In this document: one piece after another, positions 1 to 10,000 of the stretch
Position numbering within the stretch: the stretch's first letter is position 1
Layout of the letters: each line of letters starts with the position of its first letter
Source of the DNA: Candidatus Multivoradales bacterium
GTDB taxonomy: Bacteria; Acidobacteriota; Thermoanaerobaculia; Multivoradales; Multivoraceae
Direction: 5' to 3'
NCBI GenBank assembly: GCA_965223325.1
Contig: CBDCWI010000002.1
Span: 2,176,001-2,240,000, forward strand
DNA: 64,000 bases
Position numbers and translations under genes: made by a program
The notes under the pieces: model-generated
Databases searched by the model: none
Told to the model about the DNA's origin: nothing
What the model saw: only the letters and a program-made list of their open reading frames with translations

Positions 1-357
1 ATCCTCTTCGCGCGGACCGGGTTTCCCCTCCTGATCGTTCTCGCGCTGCTGGGTTTTCTCGGAACGGTGGAGCACGTCACGAAGGTACGGGGTCAGAAAC
101 CGTACTCCTGGGTCCACGAGCACGTCGACGGAGTGATCGCGACCGGAATCGCCGTGCACGTGGCGTTTCTTTCGTTCGGTCTGCGGCGCATTCTCGGGGG
201 TGGTGGCCTTTGGCTGATCTCGGCGTTTGTCTTTCCCTTTGCGGTGGGTCACTTGATGACGGTCTACTTCCGCCGCAAGCTCACGCCGCGATCCGTAGCA
301 CCTGTAGAGCCGCGCACGGACACAAGCATGACCGAGGGTCGTGTTCCGCACCTCTAG
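1..357 (+). CDS. membrane protein, possibly DUF2306-like (5' truncated by window edge)
   Basis: Frame open from position 1 (ILFARTGFPLLIVLALLGF...); several hydrophobic helices; WxxEHxxGxIATGIAxHxAF motif. Confidence 0.5.
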   Translation: MLFARTGFPLLIVLALLGFLGTVEHVTKVRGQKPYSWVHEHVDGVIATGIAVHVAFLSFGLRRILGGGGLWLISAFVFPFAVGHLMTVYFRRKLTPRSVAPVEPRTDTSMTEGRVPHL

Positions 358-371
358 TTCGCGACGCAGCC

Positions 372-1571
372 CTACACCGACCGCGCCTTCGCCTCAACCA
401 CGGCCCCACTTTCCAGGAGGGCCGCGCACTTGTCGTCGTTGTAGCCGAGGTCCTTGAGGATCTCGCGGCTGTGCTCGCCGAGCTGGGGAGCGGGCCCGGC
501 GATCTCACTCGGAGTGGCGCTGAAGCGGGCCGGCGGCCGGGCCTGGCGCACTTCGCCAAATCCCGGGTAGGTCGTGTAGTGGACCGAAGCGTTCGTCTGG
601 ACCTGAGGTGAATCGAGCAACTCCATGCGGGTCAAGAGTGGCGCGCTGGGAACGTCGTGCGCATCGAGCCGCTCGAGAATCTCGGCGGTTGGCCACTTGG
701 CGATCTCATCGGCGGTGATCTTCTTCCTCTCATCGGCGTTGAGCCCGCGCTGAAGCGGCGTTCTGAACCGTTCGTCGTCGATGAGTTCCTCGCGCTCGAG
801 CGCTTTGCACATTCCTTCCCACTCGCGGTTCGAAATCGCGCCGGCCGTAATGTGGCCGTCCTTGGTTTCGAACACCAGGTCCATCACGCCCTGGAGCTCC
901 CTGACGTCGTACTCGTTCTCGGCAAAGGTCAGACCGCCCATGCCCTCGGGCCAGAAGAACGACAGCATGGTCTCTAGCATGCTGAGGCGAATGTGCTGCC
1001 CCTCGCCGGTGCGTTCGCGATGAAAGAGCGCTGAAGAGATGGCTTGCGCCGCGGTCACCGACGTCACCTTGTCGGCGATGATGATGCGAAACATTTTCGG
1101 CTCACCGGTCGCGCGGTCGGCCTGGATGTCGGTGGCACCGGAAAGGGCCTGAATCACAGGGTCGTAGACGCGCTTGTGGGCGTAGGGGCCGCTCTCGCCG
1201 AAGCCCGAGATGGACACGTAGATAACGTTCTCGTTCAGTTCGCGCACTTCTCCTTCACCGAAGCCCATGCGCTCGATGGCGCCCGGGCGAAAGTTCTGCA
1301 CAAGCACGTCGGTCTCCCGCAAGAGGTCGCGAAGTACCTCCTTTCCTTCGTCGCTCTTGAGGTCGAGGGCGATCGACTTCTTGCCGCGGTTGCAGGAGTA
1401 AAAGATCGCCGAAACACCGTTGTGGGGCGTACCGAGATAGCGCATCTGCTCACCTCGAGTTGGCTCGACTTTGATCACCTCGGCGCCCTGGTCGGCCAGA
1501 ATCATGGCGGCGAGAGGGCCTGAGACCATCGCCGTCAGGTCGAGAACACGAACTCCAGCTAGTGGGCCCAT
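372..1571 (-). CDS. CaiB/BaiF family CoA transferase (class III)
   Basis: GPLAGVRVLDLT..GP.AAMILADQGAEVIKVE, NRGKKSIALDLK, VQNFRPG, APQLGEHS motifs. Confidence 0.93.
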   Translation of the reverse strand: MGPLAGVRVLDLTAMVSGPLAAMILADQGAEVIKVEPTRGEQMRYLGTPHNGVSAIFYSCNRGKKSIALDLKSDEGKEVLRDLLRETDVLVQNFRPGAIERMGFGEGEVRELNENVIYVSISGFGESGPYAHKRVYDPVIQALSGATDIQADRATGEPKMFRIIIADKVTSVTAAQAISSALFHRERTGEGQHIRLSMLETMLSFFWPEGMGGLTFAENEYDVRELQGVMDLVFETKDGHITAGAISNREWEGMCKALEREELIDDERFRTPLQRGLNADERKKITADEIAKWPTAEILERLDAHDVPSAPLLTRMELLDSPQVQTNASVHYTTYPGFGEVRQARPPARFSATPSEIAGPAPQLGEHSREILKDLGYNDDKCAALLESGAVVEAKARSV

Positions 1572-2206
1572 GGCGCAATGTCCTTCCCGTAGTTCTGTTG
1601 CATCGCCCGGCGGTACGCTTGGCGCTCGAAGATGCGCTCACGATACGTCGCGAGCCCAGTGGGCACATCGACCCTGTAGACAACGGCCCAGTCTAGGCAA
1701 CTCTGAAGAAAGACATCGGCAAGGCCGAAGCCACCATCGAGAACCGTAGCGCGACCGTCGAGCAGTTGACAGGCAGCGCGCAGTTGACGCGCTGCGTAGT
1801 CGCGCGACGCTTCTACCACCATCGGGGCACTACCGTAGATCTCGCCCAGATCGCCGTGTCGCCGCATGACGTAGAGGCTGGTTTCGTCGATTTCACCGTA
1901 GATGTGGCAACACCACTCGTCTTCGCGGGCGCGCTCCTGGGGACTCATCGGTCGATAGATGGCCGGGCCCGGAAACGCCTCGGTCAAGTAGCGGCAAATG
2001 GCCAGGCTCTCGGTGAGCCGAAAGTCTCCATGGATCAGGAGCGGGATCTTCTGCTTGGGAGTGAGCGCTTTGAACTCAGACGTGCGTGTTTCACCGGTGC
2101 GCGGACCGATCGGCTTCAGGTCGTAGGCCAGGCCCAGCTCTTCGGCGACCCAGATCGGCCGAAGCGTGCGGACCGTGCCGGCGCCCCAGAGCGTGATGTC
2201 TGTCAT
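1559..2206 (-). CDS. glutathione S-transferase family protein
   Basis: RxxWxxEELGL, P.QKIP.L, LTESLAICRYL, F.LAD motifs. Confidence 0.9.
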   Translation of the reverse strand: MTDITLWGAGTVRTLRPIWVAEELGLAYDLKPIGPRTGETRTSEFKALTPKQKIPLLIHGDFRLTESLAICRYLTEAFPGPAIYRPMSPQERAREDEWCCHIYGEIDETSLYVMRRHGDLGEIYGSAPMVVEASRDYAARQLRAACQLLDGRATVLDGGFGLADVFLQSCLDWAVVYRVDVPTGLATYRERIFERQAYRRAMQQNYGKDIAPWAH

Positions 2207-2221
2207 GACCCCTCGCTAGAA

Positions 2222-3001
2222 CTAGATCTCGACACGGTGATTCCACCAGCTGATGTCTGAGAACGATCGTAGGTCGAGTTCGAAGGTCCATGTCGAGCGG
2301 TGTTGCTGGGCGACATGAAAGTACGTCTCGGCGATCTTCTCCGGCAGGAGCAACCCATCGTGCTCGCGGCCGCGACTTTTGCGCAACTCTTCGAAGCGTT
2401 CGGGCCCGAGCATCTTGCCGAGCGTGTCGGGGGCGTCGACTGCGCCGTCGACGACGAAGTGGGCGATGTGGATCCCCTGCGATGCGAACTCGGCGTTCAA
2501 GGTCTGGCACAGCATGCGGCGACCGCCCATTGCCGCGGCGTGGGAGTGCTGGCCGGCGTTCCCGCGCACCGCCGCCGTTGCTGAGGTCACCAGCAGTGTT
2601 CCCTTGCCGCGCGCGACCATATGCGGGATGGCTGCCTGCGCGACTCGAAAGAGCGCCAAGGTCGCCATGCGCCAGCCGAGCTCGAAGGCCTTCAGGCTGG
2701 TGTCTGACAGCTTGCGGTTTCCGATCTGAGCTCCCAGGTTGAAGACCACGACCTCGATCGGCCCGATGTCGGCTTCGACCTCGGCGACGAGTTCTTCGAT
2801 GCTGTTTTCCTTGACGGCGTCGAGAAGCCTGCCGGTGGCCTGGCCGTCGGCTGCTTCGATCGCACCCGCCAGGCGATCCAGGCCCTCCCGGTCACTGCGG
2901 CGGCACAAGACGGCGTGGTAGCCATCACGGGCGAAGCGGGCTCCAACGGTGCCGCCGATGCCGGCGCCGGCGCCAATAACGAGACAGACAGGTCGATCCA
3001 C
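2222..3001 (-). CDS. short-chain dehydrogenase/reductase (SDR)
   Basis: VIGAGAGIG Rossmann motif, TSATAAVRG, HFVVDG, WTFELDLR; AGGAGG RBS upstream of the GTG start. Confidence 0.92.
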   Translation of the reverse strand: MDRPVCLVIGAGAGIGGTVGARFARDGYHAVLCRRSDREGLDRLAGAIEAADGQATGRLLDAVKENSIEELVAEVEADIGPIEVVVFNLGAQIGNRKLSDTSLKAFELGWRMATLALFRVAQAAIPHMVARGKGTLLVTSATAAVRGNAGQHSHAAAMGGRRMLCQTLNAEFASQGIHIAHFVVDGAVDAPDTLGKMLGPERFEELRKSRGREHDGLLLPEKIAETYFHVAQQHRSTWTFELDLRSFSDISWWNHRVEI

Positions 3002-3334
3002 AGCATGTCCTCCTAGCTAGTCGTTTCCTATGCAAACCGACACTCCTTCGTGTCGAACAGGCCACACTGTCTCCTACTCCTCCCTCAGCATCAAGGGCTT
3101 TGGATGGAGTTCAGCCCGAGTCCCTCATCCACTCTTAGGCAGTCCAGGGCTCGAAGTTCGCGCTCCGCTGTTACCTTGTCCGAAGCGTCGGAACACACTT
3201 GATTGAATCAGCTGCTGCTCGCCGGCAATGATGACCTCTCTTGAATCGATGGCGCGAGTGCATGGGGATGCGCGTCGAAGATCGGTTCGGGCGGCAGCGC
3301 AAACTAGGCGGGGACTTCAGGCGCGCCCAGTGCC

Positions 3335-6055
3335 CTATTCGCTGCGCAAGACGTTCGCCGGATCGACGGCCGAAGCGCGGCGCGCTGGAATCAGGCTTGC
3401 CATCATCACCACCCCCGAGATTGCCAGCGCAACGGAAACCATGGTTAGCGGATCGCTGGGTGCAACCAGGATCAGAAACGATCTCGCTAGCTGCGCCACG
3501 GCAATCCCCACAACAGCACCGACGATCACCCCCGGCACAGCCAGCCGTACCGCGTCCATCATCACATGCGCCAGGACGCCATCGCGGCGTGCGCCAAGCG
3601 CCATGCGAATTCCGATCTCGCGAGTTCGGCGGGCAACCATCAGCGCGACGATGCCGTAGATTCCCACCGCCGAAAGAAGAATCGCGATCAGGCCGAGAAT
3701 CGAGGTCACTGAGGCAGCGATCTTCTGTGGCAGGGTCGCCATGCCGGTCACCCGCTCGAGCGGTGTGACCGGGGTCAGCGAAACACTCGGGTCGATGCTC
3801 AGAACGGCTCGCTCCAAGGCTGTCGCATCGATCAGATGCCCCGCCTCTCCGCGCACCGAAAGAGTCGCCTGCGGTGAGTAGGCCTGCATCAACGGTAGGT
3901 AGACGAACGGCTGCGGCGGCTCGGTGATCGATGTGTTGATGACGTTCGTCGTCACGCCGACGATGCGATAGGGCGGAAGGTCGTCTTCGCCCTCGAAGCG
4001 TAGTGTCTTGCCGATTGCAGGCTCGCCCGGCCAGGCAGTGCGGACGAACTCTGCGGTGACCATTGCCACGCGTTCGCTTCCTCGAACGTCGCTGTCGCGG
4101 AAGGCGCGGCCGGCCTCGAGCTCGATTCCGAGCGTTTCCAGGTAGTCGGCGGTGACGTGATTGAGCGAAACGCCGAGCCCTGAGTCGGCAGTCTGCCAGC
4201 CTTCTGGAAACACCGCAGTACCCCGCGAGGTCATGTCGAGCGGCAGGTCGAGGGAGAACGCTGTCGCCTCGACCCCGGGAAGGGCGGCCACGCGGTCCAG
4301 AACCTGGTCGTAGAACGCTGTTCCTCGTTCCTGCGAGTCGTACCCCTCGAGCGACAGGTCGACGGTGGTCGTCACCACGCCACGGCCATCAAAGCCGGTT
4401 TCGACCTCGCCGATCTTCTGCAGCGATCGCAGGAAGAGACCGGCGGTGATCAACAGCACCATCGAAGCCGCGATCTGAGCGGTCACCAGCAAGCGTCGCA
4501 AACGGCCCTTGCGGAACCCATCCCCCACACCCCGCAGACCCGCTACCAGATCGGGTCGACTCGCCTGCAGAGCCGGCATGACACCGAAGGTGATGCCGGT
4601 CACCAGCGTGACCGCCAAGGCGACCAGGAGAACGCGTAGATCCGGGCTGAGATCGAGATCCACCCGCACCGGAGCCGAGAAACCGGAGGAGTTCAGCGAG
4701 CGGAGACCCACAACGGCGATCGTCGCGCCCACCGCCCCGCCGATGACGAACAAGAGCATCGCCTCGACGAGGAGCTGACGCACGAGCTGCCAACGACTCG
4801 AGCCGATCGCCAGCCGCACCGCGACCTCTTTCTCGCGTGCCGCTGCATTGGCCACCAACATGCCACCGACGTTCGAACAGGTGGCCACCAGGACGAGGCC
4901 CACGAGCCCAGCCAACACCGCGAGGAACCCCTGGACACCTTCACGCGCCCCGCCCGGAACCGGGCCGAGGGCCACCAACTGAACGCCACGGTCGCGGTTG
5001 CTCTCCGGATACTCGCGCGCCAGGCGCTCGAAGACGGTCTCCGCCGCCGCCTGCCCCTCGGCGATCGAAACGCCCTCGGCCAACCGGCCGACGGCCATCA
5101 GCCACGAGGCTCGCCGGCTTGCCGCGCGTGGTGTGCCGTCGAAAGCGGCCTGACGAAACTCCGGATGCTGACCCAGCGGCAGCCAGACGTCGGGATCAAA
5201 GCCGATGAAGTGACCCTTGAACTCTTTCGGTAGGACACCAACGACCGTCATCGACTCACGGCTGATCGGAATCGACCGACCGACGATCTCTAGGTCACTC
5301 CCAAACCGATTCTCCCAGGTCGAGTGACTGAGAATGACCACCGATTCACCCGCCGCGCCGGCGCCTTCCTCCTCGGTGAACCGGCGACCCAAGAGTGGCT
5401 CCACTCCCATTAGCGGCAGGTAGCTCCCCCCGGTGTACATGGCATTCCACCGCTCGCCGCCGTCGCCCATTTCGACGCTGACGAACTCGAAGGTCAGGGC
5501 GGCGACCTCATCGAGCGCCGAGCGGGCGCCCTCGCGTAGGTCGACGAGGTCGGGATAGGTGAAGCTGTCGAAGCCAGACCCCTCGCTGGTGCGACCGAGC
5601 TCGACCAGCCTTTCATGCTGTGCGACGCCGGGCAGCGGGCGCAGCAGGAAGGTGTTGACGATCGAGAAGATCGCGGCGGTGGCCCCGATCCCGATCGCCA
5701 GCGAGGTGATGGCAATCAGCGAGAAGAGCGGCCGGCGCCGCGCGATACGACAGGCGTAGCGGCTGTCTTGCAACCAGGCGTCGGAGGTCCTCGACCAGCG
5801 CTGCTCACCGGCGCTAGCGGCCGGTTTAGAGGAAAAGCCTCGAAGCAGCCGCCAGGCGGTGGCACTGACGGCCAACGAGAGCCCGACCCGCCAGTACCAG
5901 AGCGCAGCGGCGCGAGGTCGCTTCTCACGTCGAAGCTGAAACTCCTCGAAGAGATCACCGAGAATGCTCGCGTTGGCACCGCCCGTACCGAGGCATCGGT
6001 GCAACAACCAGGTGACGATCCGCGGTGGCCGACGTTCCAGGACGACCCGACTCAC
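3335..6055 (-). CDS. MacB/FtsX-type ABC permease (acidobacterial duplicated orphan permease)
   Basis: SLAIGIGATAAIFSIVN, two FtsX repeats (REKEVAVRLAIGS; RTREIGIRMALGA); GTG start overlaps the padR stop (GTGA). Confidence 0.9.
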   Translation of the reverse strand: MSRVVLERRPPRIVTWLLHRCLGTGGANASILGDLFEEFQLRREKRPRAAALWYWRVGLSLAVSATAWRLLRGFSSKPAASAGEQRWSRTSDAWLQDSRYACRIARRRPLFSLIAITSLAIGIGATAAIFSIVNTFLLRPLPGVAQHERLVELGRTSEGSGFDSFTYPDLVDLREGARSALDEVAALTFEFVSVEMGDGGERWNAMYTGGSYLPLMGVEPLLGRRFTEEEGAGAAGESVVILSHSTWENRFGSDLEIVGRSIPISRESMTVVGVLPKEFKGHFIGFDPDVWLPLGQHPEFRQAAFDGTPRAASRRASWLMAVGRLAEGVSIAEGQAAAETVFERLAREYPESNRDRGVQLVALGPVPGGAREGVQGFLAVLAGLVGLVLVATCSNVGGMLVANAAAREKEVAVRLAIGSSRWQLVRQLLVEAMLLFVIGGAVGATIAVVGLRSLNSSGFSAPVRVDLDLSPDLRVLLVALAVTLVTGITFGVMPALQASRPDLVAGLRGVGDGFRKGRLRRLLVTAQIAASMVLLITAGLFLRSLQKIGEVETGFDGRGVVTTTVDLSLEGYDSQERGTAFYDQVLDRVAALPGVEATAFSLDLPLDMTSRGTAVFPEGWQTADSGLGVSLNHVTADYLETLGIELEAGRAFRDSDVRGSERVAMVTAEFVRTAWPGEPAIGKTLRFEGEDDLPPYRIVGVTTNVINTSITEPPQPFVYLPLMQAYSPQATLSVRGEAGHLIDATALERAVLSIDPSVSLTPVTPLERVTGMATLPQKIAASVTSILGLIAILLSAVGIYGIVALMVARRTREIGIRMALGARRDGVLAHVMMDAVRLAVPGVIVGAVVGIAVAQLARSFLILVAPSDPLTMVSVALAISGVVMMASLIPARRASAVDPANVLRSE

Positions 6056-6378
6056 TGCAAGACCTCCTCGAGGCCCGACCACAGGTCCGTCAGCACCCGC
6101 CGCGAGGCCCGCAAGGCCGCCACTCCAGCGGCGCGGACCTCGAAAGTGCGCCGCGGATGCCCGCCGCGCGCCGGTCCGCCGTCTTCGAGACGCCAACGGA
6201 GAAGCCCCTTCTCGCACAGGCGTTCGAGCGTTCGGTACAGCGCTCCGCGGGTCACCGAACGACCGGCGATGTCGCGCAGTTCCTGGCGAACCGAAATGGC
6301 GTGTGCTTCGCCGTTCTGGCGCAGAACGGCTAGAAGAACGAGCTGCTCGAGCTCGCCGAGGCGCGCGGGAGTCGGCAT
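6052..6378 (-). CDS. PadR family transcriptional regulator
   Basis: LGELEQLVLLAVL..GALYRTLERL..KG..RGGHPRR; standard partner of the downstream permease. Confidence 0.9.
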   Translation of the reverse strand: MPTPARLGELEQLVLLAVLRQNGEAHAISVRQELRDIAGRSVTRGALYRTLERLCEKGLLRWRLEDGGPARGGHPRRTFEVRAAGVAALRASRRVLTDLWSGLEEVLQ

Positions 6379-6409
6379 GGCATCTCCTGATCGGTCGAGA
6401 ATCTTTCGT

Positions 6410-6434
6410 TCGATGTCTACAACTACGACATCGA
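6410..6434. promoter_or_regulatory. putative PadR operator (inverted repeat)
   Basis: TCGATGTC-tacaactac-GACATCGA, 8-bp perfect arms about 30 bp upstream of the padR start. Confidence 0.5.
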
Positions 6435-6550
6435 TCGAGGAGAGTTTCAACACCGACGCGAAACGCTCACCTTGGCTACCGACCGACCGGTAGGTCGTGC
6501 TAGCCTCGATGGAAACCCGCAAACGCCGAGCAAGGAATGGAGAGTGGCCG

Positions 6551-7792
6551 ATGGATCTGCACGACACCCCTGAACAAGCCGAGTTTCGTGCCGAGTGTCG
6601 CGCCTGGATCGACGCCAACGCCCCGCATGACCTTCGGCCGGCGCTCGAAGCTTCGAGCTTCGGTCGCTCCGCCCTCGGGGAAGAGGAGTACCTCGCGGCG
6701 TCGCGCGCCTGGCAGGCCAAGAAGGCCGACGCCGGCTGGGCGTGCCTGAACTGGCCCAAGGAATACGGCGGCCGCGGCGCGACCCCCATCGAGCGCGTTA
6801 TCTGGTCGCAAGAAGAAGGTATTTATGCCTCTCTCTCCGGCGTCTTCGTCATCGGGCTCGGCATGTGCGGGCCTACCCTGATGGCCTATGCCAGCGAAGA
6901 ACAAAAACGCGAACACCTGCCCCCGATGGCGCGTGGCGACGTCATCTGGTGCCAGTTGTTCTCAGAACCCGGCGCCGGCTCAGACCTCGCCGGCCTGCGC
7001 ACGCGTGCCGAGCGCGACGGTGACGAGTGGGTGGTCAACGGCCAGAAGGTGTGGACTTCCGGCGCCCAGCACAGCGACTGGGGCATCCTGGTCACCCGTT
7101 CGGACTTTTCGGTGCCCAAGCACAAGGGCCTGACCTACTTCTTTCTCGACATGAACTCGCCTGGCATCGAAGTGCGACCGATTCAGCAGGCGCACGGATC
7201 GGCCGGCTTCAACGAGGTCTTTCTCTCCAACGTTCGCATTCCCGACGCCCAGCGGCTCGGCAGTGTCGGCGATGGGTGGGCAGTCGCCATCACCACGCTG
7301 ATGAACGAACGCCTTGCCATCGGTGCCGGTGCTGGGACCGGCTGGGCCGACCTGTTCGAGTTCGCGAAGACGTTCGAGCTCGAAGACGGTCGCGCCATCG
7401 ACGACCCTTCGGTGCGCGCTCGCATCGCCGAGTGGTACGTCGCCACGATGGGTCTGCGCTACACCGGCTACCGCGCGATCTCAGCCATTGCCCAGGGCAA
7501 GATGCCCGGGCCCGAGAACTCGATCTCCAAGGTGGTCGCTGGCAACACCATGCAACTCGTCGCCACAACCGGTCTCGAGATTCAGGAGATGGCCGGCATC
7601 ATCACCGAAGCCGACAAGACCGTCAGCGACGGCAAGTTCCCGGCGATGATGATGCGCTCGCTCGGCATGCGCATCGAAGGCGGAACCGACGAGATCCTCA
7701 AGAACATCATCGCCGAGCGCGTCCTCGGCCTACCGGGCGACATTCGCGTCGACCGCGATGTCGCCTTCACCGACATCCCGAGCGGGGGCTAG
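6551..7792 (+). CDS. acyl-CoA dehydrogenase family protein
   Basis: WCQLFSEPGAGSDLA, NGQKVWTS, FNEVF, IEGGTDEILKNIIAERVLGLP. Confidence 0.93.
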   Translation: MDLHDTPEQAEFRAECRAWIDANAPHDLRPALEASSFGRSALGEEEYLAASRAWQAKKADAGWACLNWPKEYGGRGATPIERVIWSQEEGIYASLSGVFVIGLGMCGPTLMAYASEEQKREHLPPMARGDVIWCQLFSEPGAGSDLAGLRTRAERDGDEWVVNGQKVWTSGAQHSDWGILVTRSDFSVPKHKGLTYFFLDMNSPGIEVRPIQQAHGSAGFNEVFLSNVRIPDAQRLGSVGDGWAVAITTLMNERLAIGAGAGTGWADLFEFAKTFELEDGRAIDDPSVRARIAEWYVATMGLRYTGYRAISAIAQGKMPGPENSISKVVAGNTMQLVATTGLEIQEMAGIITEADKTVSDGKFPAMMMRSLGMRIEGGTDEILKNIIAERVLGLPGDIRVDRDVAFTDIPSGG

Positions 7793-7807
7793 GAGAGCTC
7801 GCCCGAC

Positions 7808-8314
7808 TCAGCTGGGCCCAGACAACTCGCTGAGCACTGCCCGCATCGACAGAAAGCCGGCGAGCTTCTGATCGCTCCCCATCACCGGCAGGTGGCGAAA
7901 GCCGTCAACGCCCATGCGATGAAGGGCAAAGGCCAGCCGATCGTCTTTGCGCACGGTGAACGGGTTGCGCGTCATCGCCTGATCGACCCGCGTCTCCTCC
8001 GGGTCGCGGTCGCGCGCGAGAATCCGGGTCGCGATGTCGCGCTCCGTGAGAACGCCAACCAGCTCTCCCTGGTCACAGACGAAGACACAGCCTTCGCGTG
8101 CCTCGACCATCGCGGTGATGGCATCGGCGACTGAGTCTTCGGGCGCTACGACCAGGCTCTCTTTGAGCGGCAGGCGCGAGACGCGCTGGGCCAGTTTCGG
8201 ATCTTCGGGGTCGATTCCCCAGGCGCGAACGTCGAGACCGGCCATGTCGAGACCGCAGCCGTCGCAGTAGTCGGTGCCCTCGAAGTTGTCGTGCTCACAT
8301 GCTGGGCAACGCAT
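7808..8314 (-). CDS. zinc-ribbon plus CBS domain protein
   Basis: MRCPAC...YCDGCG followed by a CBS pair (GVLTERD, FRHLPV). Confidence 0.85.
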   Translation of the reverse strand: MRCPACEHDNFEGTDYCDGCGLDMAGLDVRAWGIDPEDPKLAQRVSRLPLKESLVVAPEDSVADAITAMVEAREGCVFVCDQGELVGVLTERDIATRILARDRDPEETRVDQAMTRNPFTVRKDDRLAFALHRMGVDGFRHLPVMGSDQKLAGFLSMRAVLSELSGPS

Positions 8315-8315
8315 A

Positions 8316-8801
8316 TCAGCCGCCCTCCGCCTGCTTGAACACCTGGTGCAGGCGCGGCGGCAGGTTGAGCGTTTCTTCGGGAACCTGATCGGCCACAAAC
8401 TGCATCAGGTCGTTGGCGGACAACAAACCCACCAGATCACCGTGGCGATCGACCACCACGACGTGGCGGTGCTTGCGGCGCGCCATCACGTCGATGGCAA
8501 CGTCGAGCGTGGCCTGCCGCCGCACGGTAACCGCCGGTTGGCTCATCACTTCTTCGACCAACACCCGCTGACGTCCCGAAGAGTTTCTGAGCCGCGCATC
8601 GCTTTGACCGTAGAGCACATCACGTTCGGTAAGCACACCTCGCGGTTTCCCGTTCTCGCTGATGACGATCGCCCCGCGCCGTGAACGCACCAGCTGCTGT
8701 AGCGCCTGCTGCACCGTCGCTTTCGGTGGCAGGTCGGGAGCTGGAAGGGGGCCAAGATCGAGAATTCGAGTCCCGCGAATCGACTCGCGTAGTGTGCTCA
8801 T
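8316..8801 (-). CDS. CBS domain protein
   Basis: GVLTERD, VEEVMS, RHVVVVD, C-terminal LNLPP motif. Confidence 0.85.
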   Translation of the reverse strand: MSTLRESIRGTRILDLGPLPAPDLPPKATVQQALQQLVRSRRGAIVISENGKPRGVLTERDVLYGQSDARLRNSSGRQRVLVEEVMSQPAVTVRRQATLDVAIDVMARRKHRHVVVVDRHGDLVGLLSANDLMQFVADQVPEETLNLPPRLHQVFKQAEGG

Positions 8802-8890
8802 AGGGGTCCCCCCGTTGTTGTTTGGCTCTTTATCGAAGTCGTTCGATCATAGCGCAAGATCTGCGAAGCCCTGTGCGCCTCCGCCAGGGC

Positions 8891-10000
8891 TCACCGCTGG
8901 AGCGCCAGGAGAGCCGTGCGGGCCTCCTCCACCAGGGTTTCGACGACTTCAGCGACAGTCTTTCTCGACGTCACGAAGGCGACGCTCTGGCCGGCCGGGT
9001 GGTGCATCAGGGGCTCGACCCGATGCTCGTCGATGGCCCCGAGGAGGTCTCCGACCAGAATGTCCTGGAGCGGCATGGGCAGCGCCGGCGGTGCTTCGGG
9101 CGCTGCCCACTCGTCCGACCAGGCGGTGCGGATCTGTCTGAGAGTCTTGCCCGAGTCGGCGCGCGAAATCACGGTGTCTCGGCTTTCGGCGGCCAGGAGC
9201 TTCTCCATCACGATCGGATCGAGAGCGTGTTCCTCGGTCGCTAGCCAGGCGGTGCCCAACCACACACCCTGTGCGCCCATCGCCAGCGCCGCGACAATCT
9301 GCCGCCCGGTGGCGATTCCGCCGGCAGCCAGGACCGGAACGCCTGCCGCCTCGCCCAGGTCAACGATCTGCGGCACCAGCGACATGGTGCCAATCGGACC
9401 AGTGTGCGCCCCCGCATCATGACCCTGGGCCACCAAGAGGTCGACGCCAACCGCCAGGGCCGCCTCGGCATGGCGGGGTGCACCCACCAGGGCGCAGGTC
9501 GTCTTGCCGCCCTTCTTTGCCTGCTCAATGACCTCGAGCGGCGCGCCAATGCCGCACGCAAACAAGTCGACCGATGAAGCAAGCACCGCTTCGACCTGCG
9601 CTGCCGCAATCGCCTCGGAACGAACGAAGCGCGAGCGCCACCCCGGACCGCTGGGCGCCGGCACCTGGTACTTCGCCGCCAGCTCGGCAACGAAGTTGCG
9701 ATGCTGCTCGGGCAACCGCTCCTCGATCGCCTCCCGGTCGTCGTGTTCCGGCATGCCGCGCGGCAAAACGAGATCGACTCCTACCGGACGGTCACCGGCC
9801 AACTCGCAGAGCCGAGTCAGGTGCTGCTCGATCTCTTCGGGTAGATCGCGCGTCGCACCGTAGACCCCAACGCCACCGGCGCGCGAGATCGCCGCCGCTG
9901 CCTCGACGCTGTGAGCGAAGCCAAAGATCGGAAGCGCCGATCCCAGCGTTTCGCAAACCGGAGTGCAGAGAGCGGAGGGCCGTTGCGCATCGGCGGGCAT
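8891..10000 (-). CDS. nitronate monooxygenase / FMN-dependent oxidoreductase
   Basis: VAQGHDAGAHTG, PVLAAGGIATGRQ, GVWLGTAWL. Confidence 0.9.
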   Translation of the reverse strand: MPADAQRPSALCTPVCETLGSALPIFGFAHSVEAAAAISRAGGVGVYGATRDLPEEIEQHLTRLCELAGDRPVGVDLVLPRGMPEHDDREAIEERLPEQHRNFVAELAAKYQVPAPSGPGWRSRFVRSEAIAAAQVEAVLASSVDLFACGIGAPLEVIEQAKKGGKTTCALVGAPRHAEAALAVGVDLLVAQGHDAGAHTGPIGTMSLVPQIVDLGEAAGVPVLAAGGIATGRQIVAALAMGAQGVWLGTAWLATEEHALDPIVMEKLLAAESRDTVISRADSGKTLRQIRTAWSDEWAAPEAPPALPMPLQDILVGDLLGAIDEHRVEPLMHHPAGQSVAFVTSRKTVAEVVETLVEEARTALLALQR

